Positions 33,246 to 42,801 of a stretch of DNA of 57,474 nt are shown here, piece by piece. The number at the start of each line of letters is the position of its first letter. Within the stretch, counting starts at the first letter, position 1. The stretch lies in the IMG/VR virus record IMGVR_UViG_3300046777_000741, positions 1-57,474 of that record; one strand, given 5' to 3'. The notes beneath the pieces are model-generated. The model did not search any database, was not told the DNA's origin, and was given only the letters and a program-made list of their open reading frames with translations. Origin of the DNA: a virus. Taxonomy: Duplodnaviria; Caudoviricetes. The position numbers and the translations under genes were made by a program.

Positions 33246-35771
33246 ATGGCTACAGAGTTCCCCATTGACCCGGAGTACGGACGATTTGTCCCGGGCATCT
33301 CCGATCAGACGGAGACTGAGGACGACCAGATGGAGTTCGAGCTTCCCGAAGGTGATGGCACCGAGGTCGAGGAGCTTCCTGACGGCTCCGCGGTGGTCAA
33401 GCTGGAGACCGAAGGGCCGATGGAGGACAAGGACTTCTACGCCAACCTTGCCGACGACATCGATGCGCTTGATCTGGATTCCATGGCCCTGCGCTATCTG
33501 GAACTGATCGACAAAGACAAAAAGGCCCGCGAAGAGCGGGACAAGCAATACGAGGAAGGCATCAAGCGCACCGGCCTGGGCAACGATGCCCCTGGTGGCG
33601 CTTCCTTTGCTGGTGCCTCCAAGGTTGTCCACCCGGTAATGGCTGAAGCCTGCGTGGACTTCGCCTCCCGAGCCATCAAGGAGCTTTTCCCGCCTGACGG
33701 GCCCGTCAAGACCAAGATCTTGGGTCAGGTCGATGAGGACAAGACCGCCCGAGCCGAGCGTAAGCGCGACTACATGAACTGGCAGCTTACCGAGCAGATC
33801 GAGGAGTTCCGCGACGAGGAAGAGCAGCTTCTGACGCAGCTTCCTCTGGGCGGCTCCCAGTACATGAAACTTTGGTATGACGAGGAGAAAAAGCGTCCTT
33901 GCGCCGAGTTCATGCCGATCGACCGGGTGATCGTGCCGTTTGCCGCCACCAACTTCTACACCGCCCAACGGGCTACCGAGGTGCATGACATCACGGAGTG
34001 GGAGTTCAAGCGCCGCATCCGTACAAAGCTGTACCGCGACATCTCCCTGATCCGGGCGACCATGCAGCCCGATGAGTCCAAGGCGCAAAAGGCCAACGAC
34101 AAGATCGAAGGCCGCAAGTGGCAGGACAACGAGGACGGCGAGCGCACCGTTTATCACGTTTACTGCTGGCTGGAGCTTGAAGACGACCCGTATTCCAAGG
34201 GCGAGATGGCCCCCTACATCCTGATGATCGACAAGCTCGATTCTGAGGTGGTGGGCCTGTACCGCAACTGGGAAGAGGGCGATGACACGATGACCAAGCT
34301 CGACTGGGTGGTCGAGTTCAAGTTCATCCCGTGGCGCGGCGCCTACGCGATTGGCCTGCCCCACCTCATCGGTGGCCTCTCCGCGGCTCTGACGGGCGGT
34401 ATCCGGGCCCTGATGGACTCGGCGCACATCAACAACGCCGCCACCATGCTCAAGCTCAAGGGAGCCAAGATCTCCGGGCAGAGCCAGCAGGTGGATGTCA
34501 CGCAGGTGGCCGAGATCGAGGGAGCCCCGGGCGTGGACGACATCCGCAAGATCGCCATGCCGATGCCGTTCAACCCGCCCTCCCAGGTGCTTTTTGAGCT
34601 TGTCGGCTACCTCGACAAGGCCGCCCGTGGCGTAGTTACAACAGCCGAAGAAAAAATTGCTGATGTCAACGCCAATACCCCGGTGGGGACGACTCAGGCC
34701 CTGATCGAGCAGGGAGCGGCGGTTTTCTCGGCCATTCATGCCCGTTTGCATGACTCTCAGGCCCGCATCCTGAAGATTCTGGGGCGCCTGAACCGCTGGT
34801 ATCTGGAAGACCAGCGTAAGGGTGAGATCGTCGCGGATCTGGAGATTGAGTCGGAGGACTTCCGCCGCAATACGGATGTGGTGCCGGTGTCCGACCCGCA
34901 CATCTTCTCCGAGACCCAGCGTATGGCTCAGATGCAGGCGGTGCTGGCCCGGGCGGACAAAGCCCCGGATCTGTACAACCGGCAGGCTGTTGAGCAGCGG
35001 CTCCTGAAGCAACTGAAGATTCCGGGCATTAACGAGCTTCTGAAGGACACCCCGGCCCCTGAGGAGCGGACTCCCGCGGATGAGAACGTGGCCATGGCCC
35101 TGGGCCAGAACGCCTTCGCCTACATCCAGCAGGATCACCTTGCCCACATCCAGAGCCATCTGGACTTCGCCCTGAACCCGGCCTTCGGCTCCAACCCGAT
35201 CATGGCCTCGTTCTACCTGCCGCGGTCGCTGGAGCACATCAAGCAGCACATGGTGCTGTGGTATCTGAACCGGATGAACGGCTATGTGGCCAAGTCCCGC
35301 GGTGACAAGGTGCTCACCGAGGAGGAGTACGAGGACAAGCGCCTGACCAGCCAGATCGACAAGGTCTTCGCTGTTGCATCGCAGCATGTCAAGCTCGACA
35401 GCGAGAAAGCCTTTAGCAAAATTGTCCCGATGCTCCAGCAATTGATCCAGGCCATGCAGCAACTGACCCCGCAGGGTCAACTGCCGCCCGAGGCTCAAGT
35501 GCTGCGCGAGACTTCGCTGGCTGAGACCCAGCGCCGCGCCGAGCGTGACAAGGCTGAACTGGCGCTCAAGGGCGAGGAGTTGAAGCTGGAGGCGTCTCAG
35601 AACCAGCGCCGTGACGACTTGGATATCGCTCTGAACTCGGCAGATAACTTGACGAAGGAGCGCATCGAGACTGCACGTTTGACCCAGAAGGATCAGGCGC
35701 TGCAACAAGAGCAGTACGACACTGCAACCCGCCTGCTCCAACAGGCACAACGTAACTTAGGAGAGATCTAA
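33246..35771 (+). CDS. Portal protein
   Basis: 841 aa; GASKVVHPVMAEACV.F, MNWQL, LPL.GS...K..YD, PVGTT.AL.E motifs and long helical C-terminus. Confidence 0.85.
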   Translation: MATEFPIDPEYGRFVPGISDQTETEDDQMEFELPEGDGTEVEELPDGSAVVKLETEGPMEDKDFYANLADDIDALDLDSMALRYLELIDKDKKAREERDKQYEEGIKRTGLGNDAPGGASFAGASKVVHPVMAEACVDFASRAIKELFPPDGPVKTKILGQVDEDKTARAERKRDYMNWQLTEQIEEFRDEEEQLLTQLPLGGSQYMKLWYDEEKKRPCAEFMPIDRVIVPFAATNFYTAQRATEVHDITEWEFKRRIRTKLYRDISLIRATMQPDESKAQKANDKIEGRKWQDNEDGERTVYHVYCWLELEDDPYSKGEMAPYILMIDKLDSEVVGLYRNWEEGDDTMTKLDWVVEFKFIPWRGAYAIGLPHLIGGLSAALTGGIRALMDSAHINNAATMLKLKGAKISGQSQQVDVTQVAEIEGAPGVDDIRKIAMPMPFNPPSQVLFELVGYLDKAARGVVTTAEEKIADVNANTPVGTTQALIEQGAAVFSAIHARLHDSQARILKILGRLNRWYLEDQRKGEIVADLEIESEDFRRNTDVVPVSDPHIFSETQRMAQMQAVLARADKAPDLYNRQAVEQRLLKQLKIPGINELLKDTPAPEERTPADENVAMALGQNAFAYIQQDHLAHIQSHLDFALNPAFGSNPIMASFYLPRSLEHIKQHMVLWYLNRMNGYVAKSRGDKVLTEEEYEDKRLTSQIDKVFAVASQHVKLDSEKAFSKIVPMLQQLIQAMQQLTPQGQLPPEAQVLRETSLAETQRRAERDKAELALKGEELKLEASQNQRRDDLDIALNSADNLTKERIETARLTQKDQALQQEQYDTATRLLQQAQRNLGEI

Positions 35772-35923
35772 TGGCTACGAATCCGTACCACAATGAGGCT
35801 GTGCCTTTGCATAAGCGTATTGCCGCTGGCGAAAAGCTCGATGGCACTTCGCTCAAAACCCAAGGCGGCAACAACAAGCCGGCTCAACCCGCAAAAGGAG
35901 GCATCGCCCAGAAGAATAAATAA
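35771..35923 (+). CDS. 50-aa basic protein (not in ORF track)
   Basis: MATNPYHNEAVPLHKRIAAGEKLDGTSLKTQGGNNKPAQPAKGGIAQKNK*; AGGAG SD. Confidence 0.7.
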   Translation: MATNPYHNEAVPLHKRIAAGEKLDGTSLKTQGGNNKPAQPAKGGIAQKNK

Positions 35924-36109
35924 ATGAAAACCCTTGGCGACCTGATCGGCGCAATAGAGTCTCGTCAGGCTGAGATACGCCTGTCCCTAGCGGATGGAAA
36001 TGCCGCGACATGGGAGTCCTATCAGCGCATGGTTGGTCATTACGCAGGACTTGCTGAGTCCCTGCAAATCCTCAACGATCTTTTGAAAGAAGACGATGAA
36101 CATGAATGA
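35924..36109 (+). CDS. Small conserved protein between portal and GroES
   Basis: LADGNA..WE.Y...VG...GL motif. Confidence 0.75.
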   Translation: MKTLGDLIGAIESRQAEIRLSLADGNAATWESYQRMVGHYAGLAESLQILNDLLKEDDEHE

Positions 36110-36533
36110 GCCGGTAGCGTTTACTGACGCTGACATTGCTTGGGCTTTCCCGAGTGTAGATCCCGGTGCGAAACCTCTTGGTGGGCGAATCCTTGTGCAA
36201 CTGCGCCGCACCAAAAAGAAAGCAACCGCCGCTGGAATCATCTTGGTTGAAGAGACCAAAGAAACCGAGAAGTGGAACAACATGGTGGCGAAAGTCATCG
36301 AGATTGGCCCTCTCGCATTCAAGAAACGCGACACCATGGAATCGTGGCCTGAGGGCTCGTGGTGCGCCGTTGGCGATTACATCCGTGTACCCAAGTGGGG
36401 TGGTGACCGTTGGGAAGTCAAAGTCCCGGGCGACGACGATCTGGAAGATCCGGCCCTGTTCATGATCCTCAACGATCACGAAGTCATTGCAAAAGTGACT
36501 GGCAACCCGCTCGAAATGCGCGCTTTCATTTGA
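36102..36533 (+). CDS. groES: Co-chaperonin GroES (Cpn10)
   Basis: KPLG.RILV, T.AGIIL mobile loop, V..IGP, VGD.I, ILND.EVIA.V. Confidence 0.9.
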   Translation: MNEPVAFTDADIAWAFPSVDPGAKPLGGRILVQLRRTKKKATAAGIILVEETKETEKWNNMVAKVIEIGPLAFKKRDTMESWPEGSWCAVGDYIRVPKWGGDRWEVKVPGDDDLEDPALFMILNDHEVIAKVTGNPLEMRAFI

Positions 36534-36541
36534 GGTGAAAA

Positions 36542-37528
36542 ATGGCACAAGAGAACGAAAACATTGAAGTCAAGGAAGAGCAGGACGGTTCTGCCGTTGT
36601 TGATCTTCCTGAGAGCATTCCGAACCCGCAGGCAGAAGATGCCAGCGAACCGGAAGAAAAGCCGGAGCCCGTAGAGGCATCCGATGACGCCGGTGAGGGC
36701 AACGACCCTGCCGACGACGACGATCCGGACGACACCGAGGCCCTTCGCGCCGCCAAGCGTGAGCGCCGCCGCGCCAAGAAGCAGTTGGTCAGACAGACCA
36801 ATGCCGAGAAGGAGCTAAAGCTCCAGATGCTTGAACGCCAGAATCAAGAACTACTCCAGCGGCTCTCGGTTATTGAGCGTAAGACGCATTCTGCGGATCT
36901 GGCCCGGATCGACAAGGCGATCGAAGACTCGGAACTGCGGGTCAACTACGCCAAGATGAAGCTGGCTGAGGCCGCCGAGGCCCGCGACGGGCAGGCTATG
37001 GCCAAGGCGCAGGAGATGTGGATGGAGGCTCGCCAGCAGGCCGAAAGCCTGCGGAACCTCAAAAAGAATGCCGCCTCTCCGAAGCAAGAATCGAACATTC
37101 CAGACCCCCGTTTGCAGCGAAATGCGGCGGACTGGATGGAGCGCAATATGTGGTTCAAGCCCGATGGCCGGGATTTGGACAGCAAAATTGCCAAACAGGT
37201 CGATGAATCTCTCAGTGCCGAGGGGTGGGATGCCACTAGCCCGGAATATTGGGAGGAGCTTGACAATCGCTTGCAAAAGTATCTACCCCATCGATACAAT
37301 TCAAACACCGACGAAAGTCAGAGTCGGCGGAGTAAACCGAGAGGTATCGTGACTGGATCTGGGCGCGAATCATCCGCAAGGGCAGGTGGCAAAAACACCT
37401 TCACTTTGTCTCCCGAACAAGTTCGGGCGATGAAGGATGCGGGTTTCTGGGACAACCCGGAGCAGCGCAACAAGATGATCAAACGCTATGCCCAAGAGGC
37501 GCGGCAATCTCAAGGTTACAGGAGCTAA
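36542..37528 (+). CDS. Capsid scaffolding protein
   Basis: Acidic N-terminus, long coiled coil, W..RN.WF, EYWEELD.RL, C-terminal LSPEQV..M motif. Confidence 0.7.
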   Translation: MAQENENIEVKEEQDGSAVVDLPESIPNPQAEDASEPEEKPEPVEASDDAGEGNDPADDDDPDDTEALRAAKRERRRAKKQLVRQTNAEKELKLQMLERQNQELLQRLSVIERKTHSADLARIDKAIEDSELRVNYAKMKLAEAAEARDGQAMAKAQEMWMEARQQAESLRNLKKNAASPKQESNIPDPRLQRNAADWMERNMWFKPDGRDLDSKIAKQVDESLSAEGWDATSPEYWEELDNRLQKYLPHRYNSNTDESQSRRSKPRGIVTGSGRESSARAGGKNTFTLSPEQVRAMKDAGFWDNPEQRNKMIKRYAQEARQSQGYRS

Positions 37529-37530
37529 AC

Positions 37531-38106
37531 ATGACTGCCGTGTACTCGCTCTACATTGCTACCAACGTGGTGAATGGTAGGCAGTACATTGGTCTCACAA
37601 AGGAGTATCAAAAGCGTCTGATCTCCCATAAGTGCGCCAAGACAAAGTCCGTCTTTCATGAGGCCATCCGCCAACATGGTTTTGACAAGTTCGTCTTCTC
37701 TCATATTGCTGATGCCTTCGATTTAGAGGCGGCCTGTGATCTTGAACGCATGCTGATTCAACAGCACAACACCTTGACCCCCAACGGATACAACATGACC
37801 GTTGGAGGCCAAATTGGGCCTGTTGGATACAAACATAACGCGGAATCTAAGGCGAAGATCGCTGAGGCAAACCGCAATCGAAACCCCGAAGTCAAAGAGA
37901 AGTTCCGTTTGGCAAAGGTAGGCGTTAAGCAGACTGATGCCTTCAAGTCGAATGCTAGGGCCAAGTCAAAAGAGGTCTGGTCTGACAAAGCACGGCGCGA
38001 AGCGCAAAGTCTTCGCCTCAAGGAATCTTGGGCGAAACGTCGACTTGCCAAGGAGCAAGCTGATAGACTTCTACATAACTTAAGTTTGGAGAACTGTCAT
38101 GACTGA
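37531..38106 (+). mobile_element. Free-standing GIY-YIG homing endonuclease with NUMOD3-like tail
   Basis: LYIATN.VNGRQYIG, R...H, E...I, GYN...GG, H..ESKAKI. Confidence 0.85.
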
Positions 38107-38650
38107 CAGCAGGCTCAAAAAATCCCTTCAGGCCGGTGGCCGCGATGATCGCGCAAGTGAGGACGCAAGCCGCCGTCCCCCTGAAGAACAGTTCATGAGT
38201 TCGCAGGAGCGTCGAAAGATGTGGAGCGACGAGTGGACGCAATCGGCACTACCCAAAGTCCCTCCCATCCCGGGATGGCACCTGTGCTGGCTTTCGACTA
38301 CCAATGCGTACGACACCATCGACAAGAGGATGCGTCTTGGCTACGTTCCCGTGAAAGCGGATGAGTTGCCTGGATTCGACAACTTCAAAGTCAAGGCTGG
38401 CGAACACACTGGATACATCGCTTGCAATGAAATGCTTCTGTTCAAGCTGCCCATGGACGTCTACCAAGAAGTCATGACGCAGATGCACTACGAAGCTCCG
38501 CTGGAAGAGGAAGAAAAAATCCGAATCCAAGTGGAGAACCTTCAAGGCGCACGGGACAGCAGCGGCAAGCGTTTGGTGCAGTTGGAAGGCGGTGGGATGG
38601 GTCGTTTCGATCAACAGCAAACCCAACGTGCCCCCACTTTTGAGGGCTAA
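38099..38650 (+). CDS. Conserved head-region protein
   Basis: P.IPGWH.CW, R.RLGY.PV, EMLL.KLP motifs; precedes capsid genes. Confidence 0.7.
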   Translation: MTDSRLKKSLQAGGRDDRASEDASRRPPEEQFMSSQERRKMWSDEWTQSALPKVPPIPGWHLCWLSTTNAYDTIDKRMRLGYVPVKADELPGFDNFKVKAGEHTGYIACNEMLLFKLPMDVYQEVMTQMHYEAPLEEEEKIRIQVENLQGARDSSGKRLVQLEGGGMGRFDQQQTQRAPTFEG

Positions 38651-38664
38651 TCCAAGGAGTTAAC

Positions 38665-39240
38665 ATGAGTGCAACCTCTGCTCCGTTCGGTCTGCGTCCT
38701 GCGTTCCACCCCTCCGGTTTGGATCGCGCTCAGGCGCTGGCTGGCGGCATCGTTTCGGCCTTCGGGTCGAACATTCTCAAGGGCCAACCGGTCAAGTATG
38801 TGACCGGCGGTGTTATCGAGCCGGCGGCTGCCGGTGACGCTTTCGTCGGCGCTTTCGCTGGCGTTGAGTGGACTGACACCACTGGTCGTCGTCGCGTCTC
38901 GAACTACTGGCCTGCCTCTACGGCTTACCAGACTGGTTCGTGCGTTGCCTACTTCTACAACGATCCCAACATCGTCTATGAAGTCCAGGCTGACGGCTCT
39001 CTGGCCCAGACCTCGATTGGCGACGAAGCTGATCTGAGCAATACGACTGCTGGCTCGGCCACTACCGGCCTGTCCGCAGCGACGATTTCCACCACCCTCG
39101 CTGGTGCTGGCAATACCGCTCAGATGCGAATCGTTGATCTCGCTCCGTACCCCGGCAATGCTTGGGGTGATTCCTACACCATCGTCCGTGCTACCGTGGC
39201 CAAATTCCAATTTGCCACCACCGCCGGCACTGCAATCTAA
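38665..39240 (+). CDS. Capsid decoration / cement protein
   Basis: APFGLRP N-terminus, I..G.PV, DPN.VYEVQ; directly upstream of the capsid gene. Confidence 0.65.
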   Translation: MSATSAPFGLRPAFHPSGLDRAQALAGGIVSAFGSNILKGQPVKYVTGGVIEPAAAGDAFVGAFAGVEWTDTTGRRRVSNYWPASTAYQTGSCVAYFYNDPNIVYEVQADGSLAQTSIGDEADLSNTTAGSATTGLSAATISTTLAGAGNTAQMRIVDLAPYPGNAWGDSYTIVRATVAKFQFATTAGTAI

Positions 39241-39254
39241 GGAGGGAGTGAACC

Positions 39255-40172
39255 ATGGCCGCTCCGATGCGTAGTACCGACTTTCGTTCCATCGTCGAAC
39301 CCATTCTGAACGAGTGCTTCGACGGTGTTTACGATCAACGTGCCGACGAATGGTCGCGGGTTTTCCGCGAACAGCAAGGCATCCCGCGCAACTACCACGA
39401 AGAACCCGTCCTGTACGGATTCGGTGCTGCTCCGCAGATGCCTGACGGCACTCCGGTGACGTACCAACAAGGTGGTGTGCTGTTCCTCAAGCGTTACGTC
39501 TACAACGTCTATGGTCTGGCCTTCGCGCTGACCAAAGTTCTGGTTGAAGACGGCGACCACATCCGTATTGGTCAGGTGTATGCCCGCCATCTCGCTCAGT
39601 CCCTGATCGAGACCAAGGAAACCCTGTGCGCCAACGTGCTGAACAACGCCTTCACCGGCGGCCAGTACGCAGGCGGCGACGGTGTGGCACTGAACAGCGC
39701 CTCTCACCCGATCGTCAACGGCACGTTCTCCAACCTGCTGACCACGGCAGCCAACCTGTCCCAGACCTCTCTGGAGCAGATGCTGATCCAGATCCGTCAG
39801 GCTGTGGACAACAACGGCAAGAAGATTCGTCTGGTTCCCCGCCAACTGGTGGTGGCCCCGGGCAACATCTTCCAAGCCGAAGTGCTGCTCAAGTCCGTGC
39901 TGCGGGCTGGCAACGCGAACAACGACATCAACCCCGTCAAGTCCATCGGGCTGCTGGACGAAGGTGCTGCCGTGATCTCGCGTCTGACTAGCTCCACCGC
40001 ATGGTGGGTGCAGACCGATGCTCCTGAGGGCATGAAGCTGATGATGCGCCGTGGTCTGGAGAAGACCATGGAAGGCGACTTTGAGACCGACACGATGCGG
40101 TACAAGGCCACCGAGCGTTATGACGTTGGCTTCACCGATCCTCGTGCGATGTACGGTACTCCCGGCGTCTAA
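39255..40172 (+). CDS. Major capsid protein
   Basis: 305 aa; GFGAAP, LAFALT, GDGVAL.SASHP, DFETD..RYKATERY..G..DPR..YG.PG. Confidence 0.85.
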   Translation: MAAPMRSTDFRSIVEPILNECFDGVYDQRADEWSRVFREQQGIPRNYHEEPVLYGFGAAPQMPDGTPVTYQQGGVLFLKRYVYNVYGLAFALTKVLVEDGDHIRIGQVYARHLAQSLIETKETLCANVLNNAFTGGQYAGGDGVALNSASHPIVNGTFSNLLTTAANLSQTSLEQMLIQIRQAVDNNGKKIRLVPRQLVVAPGNIFQAEVLLKSVLRAGNANNDINPVKSIGLLDEGAAVISRLTSSTAWWVQTDAPEGMKLMMRRGLEKTMEGDFETDTMRYKATERYDVGFTDPRAMYGTPGV

Positions 40173-40177
40173 ACCCA

Positions 40178-40199
40178 AGCGGGGGCTTCGGCCCCTGCT
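40178..40199 (+). other. UUCG hairpin after the capsid gene
   Basis: AGCGGGGGC TTCG GCCCCTGCT; no U tract. Confidence 0.6.
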
Positions 40200-40217
40200 C
40201 CAATAAAGGAGTAATAA

Positions 40218-40667
40218 ATGGCACAGACCTATTTCGGTTCTGCCGTTCGCATGGGTTCTGGTACTCTGACCGACACGGTGGATGGTGGTTTTGCGGTTCT
40301 GGCTCAGACCACGACCGTGACCACTGTTGCCGCGGGCACCGCCTCCAGCGCAACCATCACCATTCCGGCAAGCTCGCAGATCATCGACCTCAAAGTTGAT
40401 GGCACTACGGTTGCTGTGGCTGGTGCCGGTACTGCGACGGCGATTGCTGTGACGGTTGGAACCGCCGCTGCTGGCACCCAGTATATGTCGTCGACTGATG
40501 GCATTGCTGGCGGTCGTCTGACGTTCGCCCCGACTGCGGCTCAAACCGCGGCCATGGCTGATGTCACTACCAACCAGTCTGTGGTGATCACTGTTGACCC
40601 CAACGGCACGATCTCTACCACGCAGGGTGTCTTCCGCCTCACGGTGGTCTACGCTCAGAAAGTCTGA
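40218..40667 (+). CDS. Minor capsid / structural protein
   Basis: Thr/Ala-rich; IPA.SQIID..TV.Y.Q; AAGGAG SD. Confidence 0.65.
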   Translation: MAQTYFGSAVRMGSGTLTDTVDGGFAVLAQTTTVTTVAAGTASSATITIPASSQIIDLKVDGTTVAVAGAGTATAIAVTVGTAAAGTQYMSSTDGIAGGRLTFAPTAAQTAAMADVTTNQSVVITVDPNGTISTTQGVFRLTVVYAQKV

Positions 40668-40677
40668 GGAGTAAATC

Positions 40678-41673
40678 ATGGGCCAATTCAAGCCGATGGT
40701 GAAGATGATGACCACTGAGCCTTCAGTTGAACTGAAGCTCAAGAAGGGTGGCTCCGTCAAAGCTCCGAAGAAGATGATGAACGGTGGCGTTATGGGCGCT
40801 CTGTCTGCGGCTCCGGCTCCTGTCGGTGCCCGCGGCGGTATGCCCGCTGCTGCTCGTCCTGCCAAGCCCTCCATGGCCGCTCGTCGCGGCGCCATGGCTG
40901 GCCGCCGTATGCCCATGATGGCCGAAGGCGGTGAGTCCAAGGCCGAGCACAAGGCTGAGATGAAGGCCATCAAGGGCCTGAAGTCTGAGCTTAAGTCTCA
41001 TGAGGGCAAGCCTGCCTCGAAGGCGCACAAGGGTCTTAAGACCGGTGGTGTGATGAAGTCACCCAAGCCGGGCAACTACAAGACCGGCGGCGTTGTAATG
41101 GGTCAGGCTGGCTTCAAGGAAGGCGGCGCTATCGCCAAGAGCGGAATTATCAACACCGAGAATCAAGGTGGCGAGTATCGCAACACCAAGATGCACACGG
41201 CCAAAGTTGATACCAACTCTGCTCCGACTGGCGATGTGAAGCTGGGCAATGCTGGCGGCTACAAGAAAGGTGGCGCAGCAAAAAAAGCCTACGCCACGGG
41301 GGGAGCTGTTAACGACAGCGGCCACGCCGTGGCGTATCCGAAGAAGCCTGCTTCTAAGTCCGTCAAGAACAATCTTCAGTCTGGCACCTTCAAAAAAGGC
41401 GGCAAGGTGAAGATGGCCGAAGGCGGATCAACCGATGTGACCTCTCCTGCCGAGCAGCGCATGCTCGATAAGGCATACAGGGAAAGCATCGGCCCGGCCA
41501 AGGAAGAACTGGACATGGCCCGCAACATTCGCAGCATCCCCGGAAAGCTCTTCCGCGGTGCTAAGAAGATGCTGGGCATGGACACTACTCCCAAGGCTGG
41601 CAGCGTGACTGAGACCGAGAAATCGGTCACGGTGACCCCTGCCAAGAAGCGCGGCGGATCGGTTAAGTGCTGA
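40678..41673 (+). CDS. Basic low-complexity protein with 11 xxGG repeats
   Basis: LKKGG, MMNGG, MAEGG, LKTGG, YKTGG, FKEGG, YKKGG, YATGG, FKKGG, MAEGG, KKRGG. Confidence 0.75.
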   Translation: MGQFKPMVKMMTTEPSVELKLKKGGSVKAPKKMMNGGVMGALSAAPAPVGARGGMPAAARPAKPSMAARRGAMAGRRMPMMAEGGESKAEHKAEMKAIKGLKSELKSHEGKPASKAHKGLKTGGVMKSPKPGNYKTGGVVMGQAGFKEGGAIAKSGIINTENQGGEYRNTKMHTAKVDTNSAPTGDVKLGNAGGYKKGGAAKKAYATGGAVNDSGHAVAYPKKPASKSVKNNLQSGTFKKGGKVKMAEGGSTDVTSPAEQRMLDKAYRESIGPAKEELDMARNIRSIPGKLFRGAKKMLGMDTTPKAGSVTETEKSVTVTPAKKRGGSVKC

Positions 41674-41677
41674 ACCG

Positions 41678-41706
41678 AGTGGGGGCTTCGGCCCCCGCTT
41701 TCTTTG
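41678..41706 (+). terminator. Intrinsic terminator (UUCG loop)
   Basis: AGTGGGGGC TTCG GCCCCCGCT followed by TTCTTT. Confidence 0.7.
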
Positions 41707-41716
41707 AGGAATTGAA

Positions 41717-42022
41717 ATGAAAGTTCAGACGGTCTCCCGCACTGGCGCCGGCTCGACTGACGCAGTCGTCATCAATACGAACACCAACCCTGTCAACATC
41801 GGGTTCGCTGTTATTGTGACTGGCACGGTCAACTACTCGGTGCAGTTCTCCTACGATGATCCGGCATCTGGCTTTTCGACATGGTTTGACGATGCCACCA
41901 TCACCAGCAAGACTGGCAACGAAGATGGCTACATCAATTTTCCCATCACCGGCCTGAAGGTTCTGGTCAATTCCGGGACTGGCGTGGTGACCATGAAAGT
42001 CGTTCAAGCGGGGATTGCTTGA
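41717..42022 (+). CDS. Small beta-rich structural protein
   Basis: YSVQFSYDD..WF pattern; GAGG SD. Confidence 0.65.
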   Translation: MKVQTVSRTGAGSTDAVVINTNTNPVNIGFAVIVTGTVNYSVQFSYDDPASGFSTWFDDATITSKTGNEDGYINFPITGLKVLVNSGTGVVTMKVVQAGIA

Positions 42023-42801
42023 TGCCAACAGTCATATCCTCGGTTACAAGACAAGGGGCATACGAGCCTTTTGAACTTCAAGTTTCTCGTGGTCAGATTC
42101 AGGGCCACAGGAATGTCACCGTCTTTGGGTTTAACCCTGACGTGGACGCGACTCAGGTATCGGTTTGGCCTTTGCCGAGCCTGATCACCTTCCCTGCCGC
42201 TGCTTTGCAGATGACTGTCAGTTCTACGAGCGCGAACGATACAGCCGCAGGTACAGGCGCCCGTACGGTAGTCGTGCAGGGCCTTGATGCAAACTACAAC
42301 GAAGTCACAGAGACCGTTACGCTGAATGGGCAGACCGCCGTCACGATGACCGCATCGCTTCTTCGTGTGAACTACGCTTATGTGAGAACCGCAGGCTCAA
42401 GCAATAGCGCCGAGGGCGACATCTACATCGGTACTGGCACTGTGACAGCGGGCGTCCCTGCGACCGCCTACGACATCATCAAACTTGACTACAACAACAC
42501 GACTACGGGCAGTTACACCATCCCAGCCGGGTATACGGGATATGTGTCTCAGGGTCTGTTTTCGACTGGTCAAGCAGGCGGATCTAACCCCGTGCAAGGC
42601 AGGCTCCTGAGCCGTGGCGTGAACAACATTCGGATGACCGCCGCAATCACCACGATCAACAACGGCGTGGCGAACTATGTGTTCGAGTACCCGCTGGCCG
42701 TTCCTGAGAAGACTACGCTTGAGGCGACTGCGATCGGCAGTTCATCAAATAACTCAGTGTCGTCCATGTTCATCATCGTTTTGGTGAAAGAGGGGCCGTA
42801 A
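42022..42801 (+). CDS. Putative virion structural protein
   Basis: VSST.ANDT..GTGART...GLDANY..E...LNG motif. Confidence 0.65.
   Translation: MPTVISSVTRQGAYEPFELQVSRGQIQGHRNVTVFGFNPDVDATQVSVWPLPSLITFPAAALQMTVSSTSANDTAAGTGARTVVVQGLDANYNEVTETVTLNGQTAVTMTASLLRVNYAYVRTAGSSNSAEGDIYIGTGTVTAGVPATAYDIIKLDYNNTTTGSYTIPAGYTGYVSQGLFSTGQAGGSNPVQGRLLSRGVNNIRMTAAITTINNGVANYVFEYPLAVPEKTTLEATAIGSSSNNSVSSMFIIVLVKEGP

Noticed and set aside
33195-35750. 851-aa minus-strand ORF and other long antisense ORFs (e.g. 26192-27352, 39237-40973, 45674-46879)
   Set aside because: Shadows of GC-rich, codon-biased + strand genes; no motifs or ribosome-binding sites.
37531-38106. Group I intron around the endonucleases
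   Set aside because: Flanking genes appear intact and there is no room for a ribozyme core at either site.
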